This document shows, one piece after another, positions 8,579 through 19,109 of a stretch of DNA of 64,000 nucleotides. Below the pieces are notes generated by a model that did not search any database, was not told the DNA's origin, and was given only the letters and a program-made list of their open reading frames with translations. Location: positions 32,001 through 96,000 of IMG/VR virus record IMGVR_UViG_3300030330_005834. One strand, given 5' to 3'. Position numbers and translations under genes: made by a program. The DNA is from a virus. Taxonomy: Duplodnaviria; Caudoviricetes. Position 1 is the first letter of the stretch. Each line of letters starts with the position of its first letter.

Positions 8579-10185
8579 TGAAACAAATCATTCATATAGC
8601 AGATTTTTATGCTTCAGAAATCAGGGGAGGCGGCGAACTCGTAGATGAGATTGTCGTCTCTTCTCTCGTTAATAGGGGCTATTCTGTAACCAGAATAAAA
8701 TCCAAGAATGTAACAGAGAAATTTATTAAAGAAAACGCAGATAAGCTTTTCATTGTCTCTAACTTTGTCATGCTACCCGGTATGTGTATCAATTTGCTTA
8801 AGTCTTGTGACTATGTGATATACGAGCACGACCACAAATATATTGTTGGTAGAGACCCCTCCCCTTACAAAGATTATAAAGCACCAGCCAACAGATTAAT
8901 CAATCTTGATTTTTATAGAAGTGCTAAAGCAGTGTTTGCTCAGTCTAAATTACATGCTGAAGTAATCAGCAAGAACATTAGAGAAGCAAATGTCATAAAC
9001 CTTGGATGTTCTCTTTGGTCAGACGAGGAGTTTGAAACTCTACAGCAGTATGTTGACAACAAGAAGAACGGCAAGATGGCTGTTTTGAACAGTAATAATG
9101 AAATCAAAGGTACAGCCCAGGCAAAAAGTTTTTGCGAACAAAATAATATTGATTACAATTTTATTGTCTCGTTAGATTACAATAATTTCATTAGACAACT
9201 TTCAGAACACGACGGTTTGGTTTTCTTTTCTCAGGTTCTCGAAACTTTCTGCCGTTTGGCTGTCGAGGCTCGTATTGTAAATTGTAAACTTAAAACAAAT
9301 AATAACCTCGGCTGTGCTAGTGAGGAATGGTTCTCTAAATATAAAGGTCAAGAACTTTTAGACTTTGTAAGATCTCAAAAAACAAAGGTTATTGACAAGG
9401 TTATAGAGGCGCTGGAAAGTGATAAAAGACCCGAGGCTAAAAAAGCACCTATTACAGTTATTTTAAATGCTTATCGTCGCCCATATAATCTTAGAATGCA
9501 GATTGATGCGATCAGGAAGCAGACAACTAGACCAACACAGATTTGGCTGTGGGTAAATCAACACGAGGACAATGATGGATTCAATTTTAAAGAACTTGAC
9601 CTTGATAGAATATTCCACAATGATTACAACTGGAAGTTCTATGGAAGGTTTGCCGCTGCTTTGTTGGCTGACACTGAATATGTAGCTATATTTGATGACG
9701 ATACTATTCCGGGTGAGAGATGGTTTGAAAACTGTCTAGAGACAATGAAAACCAACGAAGGTATTCTTGGGTCGGCTGGTGTTACACTAAACGATAAGTT
9801 TTATGTTCAGCACGACCGCTGTGGGTGGCCCACGCAAAACAGTGAAACAACAAGAGTTGACCTAGTAGGACACGCTTGGTTCTTCAAACGGGAGTGGTTA
9901 TCTCACTTGTGGAGAGAGAAACCAACGACTTGGGATAACGGCGAAGATATTCAGTTCTCCTATCTTGCCCAAAAATATGGTAATATCCAGACATACTGCC
10001 CTCCACACCCACCAGAAGACAAAAGCCTCCACGGATCTATCTTGGGCAACGAGTTAGGCATCGACATAAAAGCAACCTCAACAAACCAAGCAGTATCACA
10101 TCAGCGCTTTTTCAACGAAAGAGATGTCTGCGTTCAAACAGCAATCAAAGGCGGCTGGGAAACTGTGCGAGGCATAAAAGTATGA
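8578..10185 (+). CDS. Two-domain glycosyltransferase (GT-B-like N-half + GT-A/GT2-like C-half)
   Basis: GGGE...ETFCRLAVEA in the N-half; ITVILNAYRRP, AIFDDD (DxD) and GEDI in the C-half. Confidence 0.75.
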   Translation: MKQIIHIADFYASEIRGGGELVDEIVVSSLVNRGYSVTRIKSKNVTEKFIKENADKLFIVSNFVMLPGMCINLLKSCDYVIYEHDHKYIVGRDPSPYKDYKAPANRLINLDFYRSAKAVFAQSKLHAEVISKNIREANVINLGCSLWSDEEFETLQQYVDNKKNGKMAVLNSNNEIKGTAQAKSFCEQNNIDYNFIVSLDYNNFIRQLSEHDGLVFFSQVLETFCRLAVEARIVNCKLKTNNNLGCASEEWFSKYKGQELLDFVRSQKTKVIDKVIEALESDKRPEAKKAPITVILNAYRRPYNLRMQIDAIRKQTTRPTQIWLWVNQHEDNDGFNFKELDLDRIFHNDYNWKFYGRFAAALLADTEYVAIFDDDTIPGERWFENCLETMKTNEGILGSAGVTLNDKFYVQHDRCGWPTQNSETTRVDLVGHAWFFKREWLSHLWREKPTTWDNGEDIQFSYLAQKYGNIQTYCPPHPPEDKSLHGSILGNELGIDIKATSTNQAVSHQRFFNERDVCVQTAIKGGWETVRGIKV

Positions 10186-11177
10186 TTTTATTAAGTTTTG
10201 GAACTAGACCAGAGTGGATTAAGATTAAGCCATTGCTAGACCAAATGGACGGCAATATTCCATACCGCCTTTTATTCACAGGTCAGCACACAGACCTACT
10301 CTCAAAAGTAGGCGAGGACAAAGATTTAATAAAGTTAGAAATCAAAGACGGTCCAAACCGACTTGACTCTATCGTGAGTTCCGTTATGAACTTGGAAGAG
10401 ATTTTTGAAGGAGTAACCTCTGTTTTGGTACAGGGAGACACGACCTCTGCTTTCTCTATTGCGTTAGCTGCTTTCCACAGAAGGATTAAAGTAATCCACT
10501 TGGAAGCAGGCTTAAGAACATACGATAAAAATCAACCATATCCAGAGGAATTTAATCGACAAGCCATTTCTAGGATTGCCGACGTTCATCTTTGCCCAAC
10601 CACAATGTCGAAAGACTTTTTAAAAAATGAAACAACACAGGGCAGAGTAGAAGTTGTAGGCAATACTGTGTTGGATAATCTGCGAGGGATACAAACAGAA
10701 TACACAAATAAAGTTGTTGTAACGATGCATCGTAGAGAAAATCACCACAATATGGAAGATTGGTTTGAAGCTATTGATAAGATTGCTGAATCCAATAAGG
10801 ACTTGGAGTTTATTATTCCTCTGCATCCAAATCCCAATGTACAAAAGCATAAACATTTGTTAAAAAACCTTAAAATTGTCGAGCCAATGGAGTATAATGA
10901 ATTCATAAAGTTGTTGGCTAAAACAAGGCTTGTCATCACTGATTCGGGCGGCTTACAAGAAGAAACTTCTTTTCTAAAAAAGAAATGTATTGTATGCCGA
11001 AAGAAGACTGAAAGGCTTGAGGGTGTCGGCACTTTTGCTTTTATGTGTCTGGAGCCAAAGGATTTGGAAGGTCTTTTCAACAAAGTTAACGAAGATAATA
11101 TACCTGTCGGAGACTGCCCTTATGGAGACGGATACGCTGCTGAAAAAGTGTATGAGGTCCTAAAGGATGAAGTTTGA
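10182..11177 (+). CDS. wecB: UDP-N-acetylglucosamine 2-epimerase (non-hydrolysing)
   Basis: FGTRPE.IK, TGQH, QGDTTS, HLEAGLRT, PEEFNR, HRREN, TDSGGLQEE, PYGDG. Confidence 0.93.
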   Translation: MILLSFGTRPEWIKIKPLLDQMDGNIPYRLLFTGQHTDLLSKVGEDKDLIKLEIKDGPNRLDSIVSSVMNLEEIFEGVTSVLVQGDTTSAFSIALAAFHRRIKVIHLEAGLRTYDKNQPYPEEFNRQAISRIADVHLCPTTMSKDFLKNETTQGRVEVVGNTVLDNLRGIQTEYTNKVVVTMHRRENHHNMEDWFEAIDKIAESNKDLEFIIPLHPNPNVQKHKHLLKNLKIVEPMEYNEFIKLLAKTRLVITDSGGLQEETSFLKKKCIVCRKKTERLEGVGTFAFMCLEPKDLEGLFNKVNEDNIPVGDCPYGDGYAAEKVYEVLKDEV

Positions 11178-11943
11178 AGAGGATTTTTTTAATTTACTTG
11201 AAAAATTAAAGTGTAACGAACACTTTGCCTATACTCGTTTTTCTGACGGCGAGATCTGCGTCATGCAAGATAAAGAATTAAAACTTGCTAATGACCATGT
11301 TGTAATGGGAGAAACTCATTATAATTTTGGATATTCATCAGACGACCACAAGCATTACGACCCAGAGAAGCATGGTTTCTTGAAAGATATCTTAATTGAG
11401 GCTTACAAATATAAAAAACAAAATTATTTTGTTGGTGGGATATGTAAGGGCTGTACCTGTGCTTCCAAAGAATTCGCCCCTTGGATGCATGATCTTTACG
11501 GAAAAATTGATGATAAACTTACGTCAGCAAACTTGCTTGTAAACTCGAACTATCCGCTATTTGTTGGTCATTTTATTCCCGAGTTAAAAAAGAAAAAAAT
11601 CGTTTTTATCTGCAGTGAAAATGCTGACCTTTCGACAGGTGAGTTCAACATTGTTAAGGATTTCCGCGTAGGAAAAAACTGTATTGTTAACGATCATCAT
11701 TTAATTGTTGACATTAAGAAGTGGGTAGATGATAATAACATAGAAGATCATATATTTTTGTTTTCGGCTAGCAGCCTAAGTGAGGTTCTTATTTACGAAC
11801 TATTCAAGTACAATGACAGAAATACATATATTGATGTTGGTACTACCCTTCATCCTTATTTGGGATTGACAATTGAGAGAGATTACTTAAGAGCCTATCA
11901 TAATAATTTTCCTCATCCTGACCTTTTTAAATCGTGTGTATAA
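11167..11943 (+). CDS. GT-D fold (DUF1792-like) glycosyltransferase
   Basis: YTRFSDGE near the N-terminus and YIDVG near the C-terminus. Confidence 0.6.
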   Translation: MKFEEDFFNLLEKLKCNEHFAYTRFSDGEICVMQDKELKLANDHVVMGETHYNFGYSSDDHKHYDPEKHGFLKDILIEAYKYKKQNYFVGGICKGCTCASKEFAPWMHDLYGKIDDKLTSANLLVNSNYPLFVGHFIPELKKKKIVFICSENADLSTGEFNIVKDFRVGKNCIVNDHHLIVDIKKWVDDNNIEDHIFLFSASSLSEVLIYELFKYNDRNTYIDVGTTLHPYLGLTIERDYLRAYHNNFPHPDLFKSCV

Positions 11944-12327
11944 GTGGAACTGGTAGAAAACAAAAAAAAATATTGGGAATTTATTAGAAACCTCCGTAAC
12001 CACGAAGATGTCAAGATAGGTTTCATTCAACAAGAGAATATAACACAATTCCAACACAAAATGCATATGATGCTTAATGAGGAGTGTTACTATATTTGTT
12101 TGGTCGAGGGAGAACCAGCAGGATATGTCGGCGTAATTGAGAGAGACATCAGAGTGGCAACACACCCAGATTTCCAAGGAAAAGGCGTTGGGAAGTTTAT
12201 GATCAACGAACTCATGGAAAGAAATCCAGACGCCTTCGCCAAAGTAAAAATTGAAAATGAGGCAAGCCTGAGACTGTTTAAGGCTTGTGGTTTTAAAGAA
12301 AAATATTATATTTTGGAGAAAGAGTGA
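11944..12327 (+). CDS. GNAT N-acetyltransferase (PseH-like sugar acetyltransferase)
   Basis: IRNLRN, HPDFQGKGVG (acetyl-CoA loop), NEASLRLF..CGF; GTG start. Confidence 0.8.
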   Translation: MELVENKKKYWEFIRNLRNHEDVKIGFIQQENITQFQHKMHMMLNEECYYICLVEGEPAGYVGVIERDIRVATHPDFQGKGVGKFMINELMERNPDAFAKVKIENEASLRLFKACGFKEKYYILEKE

Positions 12328-13190
12328 TGTTTAAAAATTTAATTTCAAGTGAAGGCTTTACAGGTTGGGTACAGACTAACAGAAGAGAATGTCAAAGCAC
12401 CTACCCCATACCGAAGGCTCAATACACTGAGCCTCGACAAAAAAAGCCAGTTGCAGTTGATATTGGGGCGAATATTGGAGGATTTTCCGTCTATAATAGC
12501 GATAAATTTGATAAAATTTATGCTTTTGAGCCGTTCTATATGAATAGTAGGGTAATGAAGCATATCTTAAGCGAACTTAAAATATCAAATGTGATGGTTT
12601 TGAATCATGCTGTACACTCAGAGAGCGGCAGAGTGCTTAGTTTGAAAGCTCCAAATTTTGAGTGCTCTGGAGACATCGAAGCCTTACAACCTGATTCCAA
12701 GCCCCATTATGAAGATACGGGTCAAAAATGCGTTACGATTTCCCTAAAAGATATTTTTAATGTATTTTCTCTAGAGAAAATTGATTATCTTAAAATGGAT
12801 TGCGAAGGTGCTGAATATGAAATTCTAGAAAATTTTAATGATTATGACAAAATAGACATAATGTCTTTAGAAATTCACGGTCATGTTCGCGACGGAGCAA
12901 TAGAGAAAAAAAAGAAATTAATTAGAAAACTAATAAGCCATTACAATTTGTTTTTTCCCGCCCACCATGAATATGAAAATGGAGACAAAGATCATGGATG
13001 GGTTGAAATGAAAGATGCGTCACTTGACCACCTGAGTCCAGAAGAGGCAGATAAATGTTTTGATAGAGTAGCAAATTTGCTTTGTATTCATAGGAGCAAT
13101 AGCGATATTTCGTTTTTTCAAGAAAACATATTCTTGAAAAATTTGGTAGAAAAAAGAAATATTAAATTGGGAGCGATAGATGTTACATAA
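12324..13190 (+). CDS. FkbM-family methyltransferase
   Basis: VDIGANIG, YAFEP, IDYLKMDCEGAEYEIL, LEIH. Confidence 0.88.
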   Translation: MMFKNLISSEGFTGWVQTNRRECQSTYPIPKAQYTEPRQKKPVAVDIGANIGGFSVYNSDKFDKIYAFEPFYMNSRVMKHILSELKISNVMVLNHAVHSESGRVLSLKAPNFECSGDIEALQPDSKPHYEDTGQKCVTISLKDIFNVFSLEKIDYLKMDCEGAEYEILENFNDYDKIDIMSLEIHGHVRDGAIEKKKKLIRKLISHYNLFFPAHHEYENGDKDHGWVEMKDASLDHLSPEEADKCFDRVANLLCIHRSNSDISFFQENIFLKNLVEKRNIKLGAIDVT

Positions 13191-13800
13191 CCCATACAAA
13201 ATAGTTAAAATGTTTGAGGAGGAAGTCGCACATTATACTGGTGCTCCATATGCTGTATCTGTAAATAGTTGCACAAATGCCTTGTTTTTGGCTTGTAAGT
13301 GGTACAAAGTGGAGGGAAAAGAAGTCATTATACCTAAGAGAACTTATCTCTCTCCTCCTCAATCTATTATACAAGCGGGTGGAAAACTCGTATTTGAAGA
13401 TATTGAATGGAAAGGGATTTACCAATTAAAGCCATTTCCCATTTATGACGCAGCGAAAAGACTAACATCAAATATGTACATCCCCGGCACGATGATGTGT
13501 TTGTCGTTTCACATTAAAAAACATTTAAAAATAGGAAAAGGTGGAATGATTTTATGTGACAGCAAAGAGGCTGTGAACTGGTTAAAATCTAGAAGGTATG
13601 AAGGGAGGACAGATGGTATGAAATACCATGAAGACACCATCAGCGAAGAGGGGTGGAACATGTACATGACACCAGAACAAGCAGCTAGGGGTCTGATGTT
13701 GATGCAGAACCATCCGAAAGAATGCCCAGATTTGCCAGAAAATCCACCATATAGAGATTTGACGGAATTTGACTTATTTAAAGATACAAAGGTAAGGTAA
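13180..13800 (+). CDS. Short DegT/DnrJ/EryC1/StrS-type sugar aminotransferase
   Basis: FEE..A.Y.GA.YAVSVNSCTNAL, YDAA, SFHIKKHL.IG.GG (PLP Lys); only 206 aa. Confidence 0.78.
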   Translation: MLHNPYKIVKMFEEEVAHYTGAPYAVSVNSCTNALFLACKWYKVEGKEVIIPKRTYLSPPQSIIQAGGKLVFEDIEWKGIYQLKPFPIYDAAKRLTSNMYIPGTMMCLSFHIKKHLKIGKGGMILCDSKEAVNWLKSRRYEGRTDGMKYHEDTISEEGWNMYMTPEQAARGLMLMQNHPKECPDLPENPPYRDLTEFDLFKDTKVR

Positions 13801-13804
13801 CACA

Positions 13805-14644
13805 ATGATATATATAGTGACTAATCACCATGGACATGATAGATTTGTTCACCTACAATCGAATTATTTGCTTAGATATACACAATCTGATTATAAAGTT
13901 TATTGTGGATTATCAAACATGAGCGAACTTGAAAATATAAAATATGATGCGAATAGCGCAGAGGTCTATCAATTTATTTCTACAGATGATATTATTTTAA
14001 AAAACTGTCATGGTCTAAAGATGAATTTTCTTACCAATACGATAAAAGATAGGGAGCAGATAGGAGATGATGACTTAATAGTTTTTCTAGATGGGGACGC
14101 TTTCCCAATTTCAAGCTGGGAAAGCGAAGTTAGAGAAGCTCTAAAGAAAAACAAATTAGTCTCCGTATACAGGACAGAAAACCTAGAACCACTCATACCA
14201 GAAGAACACAAGCCTTACCCTCATTTGTTATTTGTTGCTGTTAAGGCAAAGTTTTGGTTTGACAATGATTTAAAATGGGAAAAAGCCCAAGGAGAGGGAC
14301 CCTTGGGACCACCCTTAAAGCTTTGGCTGGAAGAAAATGGACACTCTGTATACCCACTTTTAAGGTCAAATAAAGTGGATGTTCACCCATTGTTTTTTGG
14401 GGTTTATGGTGATTTAATTTATCATCATGGAGCTTCTAGTGGTCAAAATAAAGTATACGACTCTTTTGATATTTGGAGCAGAAAAGGTCTAAACGATGAT
14501 GATGAAATAGACATTAGGCACTGTAATTTAGATTTGAGGTACCCACATATCCCATATTTTAATGGAAAATTATCAGAGCTAGTGTATGAAGCCATATTAA
14601 GCGATCAAGATTTTATTAAAAACTTTTTTATGGGAGTAAAATAG
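13805..14644 (+). CDS. Putative GT-A glycosyltransferase
   Basis: HG...N, IVFLDGDAFPI (DxD), IYHHG; context within the sugar cluster. Confidence 0.5.
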   Translation: MIYIVTNHHGHDRFVHLQSNYLLRYTQSDYKVYCGLSNMSELENIKYDANSAEVYQFISTDDIILKNCHGLKMNFLTNTIKDREQIGDDDLIVFLDGDAFPISSWESEVREALKKNKLVSVYRTENLEPLIPEEHKPYPHLLFVAVKAKFWFDNDLKWEKAQGEGPLGPPLKLWLEENGHSVYPLLRSNKVDVHPLFFGVYGDLIYHHGASSGQNKVYDSFDIWSRKGLNDDDEIDIRHCNLDLRYPHIPYFNGKLSELVYEAILSDQDFIKNFFMGVK

Positions 14645-15313
14645 TTGCCTGAAGTTATAAAAAAATATGATATTGAAAAATATCCCTTTCATTCTTCAAT
14701 ATTTAGCCTTTATGAGCAACAAGGCGCATCATGCCTAGAAGAACTGCATAAAATTCTTCCAACAGAACATGAGTATGATATTGTAAACGTAGACAATGAT
14801 AACGAAACATGGTTTCACAAGATATTTTATGATAGATTAAACAACGGATGGCAGCAATTTATTGAACTTTATCAAAGATTTGTCAATGTAGAGGTTGCTA
14901 GGATAATGGGTCATAAAGACTTTTTATTCCAAAAAAAACCAACGTTTAGGGTCCAAATTCCAAATAACAAATCAGTTGGAGAGTTTCATAGAGATTATGA
15001 TTATAATCACCAATTGGGAGAAATTAACTTTGTCATTCCTTTTACAGAAATGAAAGATGGCTCTTCTATTTGGACAGAATCTGTGCCGGGGCTAGGCGAT
15101 TATCATCCCATTGAAGCAGGTAGGGGAGATATAATAATTTTTAACGGCAACACTTGTACCCATGGAAATAAAATAAACAACACCGGAATCACCAGAGTTA
15201 GTATGGATTTTAGAATATTGCCAAAAAAATATTATAATCCTGACTTCTGTAAATCATCAACAAGCAAGAGCATACCAATGGTTGTGGGGGGATACTACAG
15301 TGAAGCTGGGTAA
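14645..15313 (+). CDS. 2OG-Fe(II) dioxygenase (PhyH/StrG-like)
   Basis: PTFRV, FHRD (HxD), INF.IP.T, HGN..N.TG.TRVSMDFR; TTG start. Confidence 0.75.
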   Translation: MPEVIKKYDIEKYPFHSSIFSLYEQQGASCLEELHKILPTEHEYDIVNVDNDNETWFHKIFYDRLNNGWQQFIELYQRFVNVEVARIMGHKDFLFQKKPTFRVQIPNNKSVGEFHRDYDYNHQLGEINFVIPFTEMKDGSSIWTESVPGLGDYHPIEAGRGDIIIFNGNTCTHGNKINNTGITRVSMDFRILPKKYYNPDFCKSSTSKSIPMVVGGYYSEAG

Positions 15314-15887
15314 GGTACTGATTTATGGCTCCTCTCATTTTTCTCAAGTAGTGTGCGAACACTTATTGAAGTATGATTATTGTGAATTAGTTGGTTTTGT
15401 TCCATCGCATAAACCAACCATAATTGGAAATATGCCTGTAAAAGAAGTTGAAGAAACTGTGCCACATGACATAAAATTATCTTTACAGTATAATAAAAAA
15501 ATGTCCAACATTGAGAATGCCTATAATGTACACACAGGTCTCTTACCAGAGTATGGTGGAAGAGATATTATGGCTCACACCATTTTAAATAAAGAAGTAG
15601 AGCAGGGGCTGACATTTCATAAAATGACAGAGAAGTACGACTATGGACCGATAATAAGTAAAATAACTTACCCTGTTTTTGAGGATGATACTGTCTTGTG
15701 CTTATACAAGAGACAAATGAACATCGCACCGTCTTTTGTCTTATCTTCTCTTATGTTGCTACAATCCCTAGAACAACAGCAAGTAAATTTGTGTCCCAAA
15801 GCAAGTCCTACAATGTATAGAAGGACGCACGACATTCCAAATAATTTTATGCAATATAAAATGGAGCTAGAAAATGAATATAGTTGA
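15282..15887 (+). CDS. Formyltransferase (sugar N-formyltransferase-like); start possibly the GTG at 15300
   Basis: NVHTGLLPEYGG, G.TFH.M...YD.GPII. Confidence 0.82.
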   Translation: MWGDTTVKLGKVLIYGSSHFSQVVCEHLLKYDYCELVGFVPSHKPTIIGNMPVKEVEETVPHDIKLSLQYNKKMSNIENAYNVHTGLLPEYGGRDIMAHTILNKEVEQGLTFHKMTEKYDYGPIISKITYPVFEDDTVLCLYKRQMNIAPSFVLSSLMLLQSLEQQQVNLCPKASPTMYRRTHDIPNNFMQYKMELENEYS

Positions 15888-16440
15888 CACATCCATCGAG
15901 GGAGTTTTTATTATTGAACCCACTATTCATAAAGATGATAGGGGATATTTTTTGGAAACATATCGAAAAGATAAACTTTCTGATTTAGGGCTAAATTTTG
16001 ATTTTGTTCAAGACAATCAATCATGCTCTAAATACGCAGGAACAATACGGGGACTTCATTACCAAGAAAATCCAAAACCAATGACAAAGCTAGTGAGGGT
16101 GATAAGTGGAGCGATATATGATATTGCGGTAGATATTAGAAAGGGGTCACCCACTTTTGGAAAATTTGTTTCTGCTCATCTAGATTGTAATAGCCAAAAA
16201 CAATTATTAATACCGAGAGGATTTGCTCACGGATTCTGTACACTTGAAGATGAAACAATTGTTTCTTATAAGGTTGACAATTATTATGATTCGAGTTATG
16301 ATAAAGCTATAAGGTGGAACGACCCTGAAATTGGTGTTGATTGGCCACCTGTTCTTTATCCTGCTTTGGAATATTTCGTGTCGGAAAAAGACAAAAACGC
16401 CCCTTTCTTGAGGGATTGTAAAATTAATTTTCAGTATTGA
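15874..16440 (+). CDS. rmlC: dTDP-4-dehydrorhamnose 3,5-epimerase
   Basis: DDRGYFLE, FVQDNQS, RGLHYQ, DIAVDIRKGSPTFG, PRGFAHGF, YKVDNYY, WNDP.IG..WP, SEKD. Confidence 0.95.
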   Translation: MNIVDTSIEGVFIIEPTIHKDDRGYFLETYRKDKLSDLGLNFDFVQDNQSCSKYAGTIRGLHYQENPKPMTKLVRVISGAIYDIAVDIRKGSPTFGKFVSAHLDCNSQKQLLIPRGFAHGFCTLEDETIVSYKVDNYYDSSYDKAIRWNDPEIGVDWPPVLYPALEYFVSEKDKNAPFLRDCKINFQY

Positions 16441-16447
16441 GGCTAAA

Positions 16448-17539
16448 ATGATACCACTTTTCAAAGTACACACCCCAGATAATGTCGGACAAGAATTGCA
16501 AAAGGTTTTTGATTCAGGATTTATTTCTGAAGGCGAGCAGTCAGATAAATTTGAACAACAATTTTCAAATTATATTGGCAACAAAGACACATGCTTAGTA
16601 AACAGTTGTACTAGTGCGTTGACGCTTTCTTATGATTTGTCGGGAGTTGGACCGGGAAAGGAGGTAATATCCACACCAATGACTTGTATGGCAACAAACG
16701 AGCCAATACAAACAATGGGCGCAAAAATTGTCTGGGCAGATATTGACCCAACTACGGGAAATATAGACCCCGAATCCGTTAAAAAAAAGATAAGTAAAAA
16801 CACTGCCGCCATCGTTGGTGTACACTGGAGTGGCATACCATTTGAAATAGATACCATTAATCAGATAGCTAAGGAAAATGACATAAGGGTTATTGAAGAT
16901 GCAGCCCATGCTCTAGGGTCCAGATACAATGGAAAATTAATAGGAAATCACAGCGATTATGTGTGTTTCTCATTTCAGGCAATTAAACACCTAACAACCG
17001 GAGACGGAGGAGCGCTTGTCACAAATGTCGGTGATGCTGGGCTAATAAGAAAACTTCGGTGGTTTGGCTTAGACAGAAAATATAAGGGAAGCAAGTGGGA
17101 GCAAGACATCAAAAGAAGTGGATACAAGTTTCACATGAACAACATTAATGCTACAGTCGGATTATGTCAAATGCCATACGTTAATAAAATTGTGAATGCC
17201 CACATTGAAAACGGTAAATTTTATGATGAAAACATAAATAACAAAAAAATTATCGTCTTGAAAAAATCGGATAATATTGTGTCATCTAGCTGGATTTATT
17301 CTATTCTTGTCAAAAATAGAGAATCTTTGAAAAATTACCTTGCAAAACATGGTATATCTAGCGATGTTGTTCACGTAAGAAATGATAAATATTCTGTGTT
17401 TAGTAAATTTCAAAGCAATGACTTAAAAGGATGCGACGAATTTTGTTCTAAATTATTAAACATTCCAGTCGGATGGTGGGTTTCTAAATCAGAAAGAGAG
17501 TACATTGTGTCCGTTTTGAACGAATGGAGTGGTGATTGA
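16448..17539 (+). CDS. DegT/DnrJ/EryC1/StrS sugar aminotransferase (perosamine/viosamine synthase-like)
   Basis: VNSCTSAL, IEDAAHA.G, FSFQAIKHLTTGDGG. Confidence 0.92.
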   Translation: MIPLFKVHTPDNVGQELQKVFDSGFISEGEQSDKFEQQFSNYIGNKDTCLVNSCTSALTLSYDLSGVGPGKEVISTPMTCMATNEPIQTMGAKIVWADIDPTTGNIDPESVKKKISKNTAAIVGVHWSGIPFEIDTINQIAKENDIRVIEDAAHALGSRYNGKLIGNHSDYVCFSFQAIKHLTTGDGGALVTNVGDAGLIRKLRWFGLDRKYKGSKWEQDIKRSGYKFHMNNINATVGLCQMPYVNKIVNAHIENGKFYDENINNKKIIVLKKSDNIVSSSWIYSILVKNRESLKNYLAKHGISSDVVHVRNDKYSVFSKFQSNDLKGCDEFCSKLLNIPVGWWVSKSEREYIVSVLNEWSGD

Positions 17540-18417
17540 TAACTTTTTATGAATTGGGTCAATTAGGGAGGCTGGGCAATCAGTTGTTTCAATACGCAGC
17601 GCTAAAATCTTTAGGGCTGGAGAGGGGGTATGAAGTAAAAATACCCGATCCAAAAACAAGAACTTGGCACGGACAACAGTGTTTGTTGTCTAATTTTAAT
17701 ATTGAATCTGAATATTTTACAGAAAAGGATATTGAAACTTTGTCTTACAGCTATTCGGAGCCAAGCCATGAATACTATGATCACAACTTTTTTACATTGC
17801 CCGATAATGTTAATATAAGTGGTTTTTTCCAAAGCACTCTTTATTTTGAAAAACATAAAAAACAAATAATAAAAGAATTAACTCCAAAAGAAGAACTTCT
17901 TGATGCGGCAAAAATAAATTTGTCAAAGATAAAAGAAAGATTTAATGGTTATGAAATTGTATCTCTTCACATGCGTAGAGGGGACAATACAGATAACACA
18001 GATCCAAATCAAGTGGCAGCCAATACTTCTTATGGCGGCAATAAAATGACAGAGGATAGCTTTTATTTTAAATATTTTAAAAAAGCAACTTCTAAATTTA
18101 AAAACAAAAAAGTGAAGTTTTTAATCTTTACAGGTGGAAAAAGATTTACAGATGATAATTCTGAAGACATAAAATGGTGCAAAGAAAATTTTTCAACCGA
18201 TGATTTTTTATTCTCGGAAGGAAATTCATCCATGGAAGATTTTTGCTTGTTAACGTCATGTGATCATCATATTTTGTCACACATTAGCAGTTTTGGATGG
18301 TGGGCTTCGTATATTGATAAAAAAGAAAATATTACTGTTGCACCACTAAAATATGATCCAGAAACGTTGTATAATTATCGGGAAGGTTTTTATCCTAAAA
18401 GGTGGGTATTAGTATGA
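17536..18417 (+). CDS. GT11 alpha-1,2-fucosyltransferase-like
   Basis: GRLGNQLFQYA, GFFQS..YF, HMRRGD, SSFGWWA. Confidence 0.9.
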   Translation: MITFYELGQLGRLGNQLFQYAALKSLGLERGYEVKIPDPKTRTWHGQQCLLSNFNIESEYFTEKDIETLSYSYSEPSHEYYDHNFFTLPDNVNISGFFQSTLYFEKHKKQIIKELTPKEELLDAAKINLSKIKERFNGYEIVSLHMRRGDNTDNTDPNQVAANTSYGGNKMTEDSFYFKYFKKATSKFKNKKVKFLIFTGGKRFTDDNSEDIKWCKENFSTDDFLFSEGNSSMEDFCLLTSCDHHILSHISSFGWWASYIDKKENITVAPLKYDPETLYNYREGFYPKRWVLV

Positions 18418-19109
18418 ATTTAGTTTTTGATATTGGGTTTAATAGGGGAGAGTTTTCTCAAGCCTGTCTTAGTAAAAATCCAAATTGTAAAATAGTTGGC
18501 GTAGAGCCAAATGCTTCTTTGTATTATAATTTTAATCAAACAGAAAACGTAAAATTATTAAATTATTTAGTTTCTGATGAAGAAGAGAAAATGGTGGAAT
18601 TTTTTATTGACCCATCGCAAGATGGTATCTCTACAGCATCTGAAGAATTTATGAATAATTCTAGATTTTCAAAGGGTAGCAAATATCTAAGAGAGAAGTC
18701 GGCAACATGGTTTAAAGTTGGCAAAGTAGAGACAATTACGCTGGATAAAATGATCAGCGAGTATGGAAACCCAGACATCATCAAAATAGATGTAGAGGGA
18801 TATGAATACAATGTTATAAGAGGGCTAAATCAAAAATCTGGAAAAATTTGTTTTGAGTGTCACGAAGAGGAAATTGAAAAATTAGAAAAAATAATTCAAC
18901 ATTTGATTGGTCTGGGATATGAACAGTTTGGATTAATAGGTTATTATGATGAGGGCGATGTTTTTGAAAAGCTAACATATTCTGATAAGGGAGATCCATA
19001 TATGGTTGAGCCGAATTCATATCATAAGTGGAGTGACCTAAAGCAAGAAATAAATAAATGTTTTAAGCAAGATAGAAGAGTGAACTATGGGATGGTGTGG
19101 GCTAAATGA
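18414..19109 (+). CDS. FkbM-family methyltransferase
   Basis: FDIGFNRG, GVEPN, TITLD, IKIDVEGYEY.V; start most likely the ATG at 18414, overlapping the upstream stop. Confidence 0.88.
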   Translation: MNLVFDIGFNRGEFSQACLSKNPNCKIVGVEPNASLYYNFNQTENVKLLNYLVSDEEEKMVEFFIDPSQDGISTASEEFMNNSRFSKGSKYLREKSATWFKVGKVETITLDKMISEYGNPDIIKIDVEGYEYNVIRGLNQKSGKICFECHEEEIEKLEKIIQHLIGLGYEQFGLIGYYDEGDVFEKLTYSDKGDPYMVEPNSYHKWSDLKQEINKCFKQDRRVNYGMVWAK

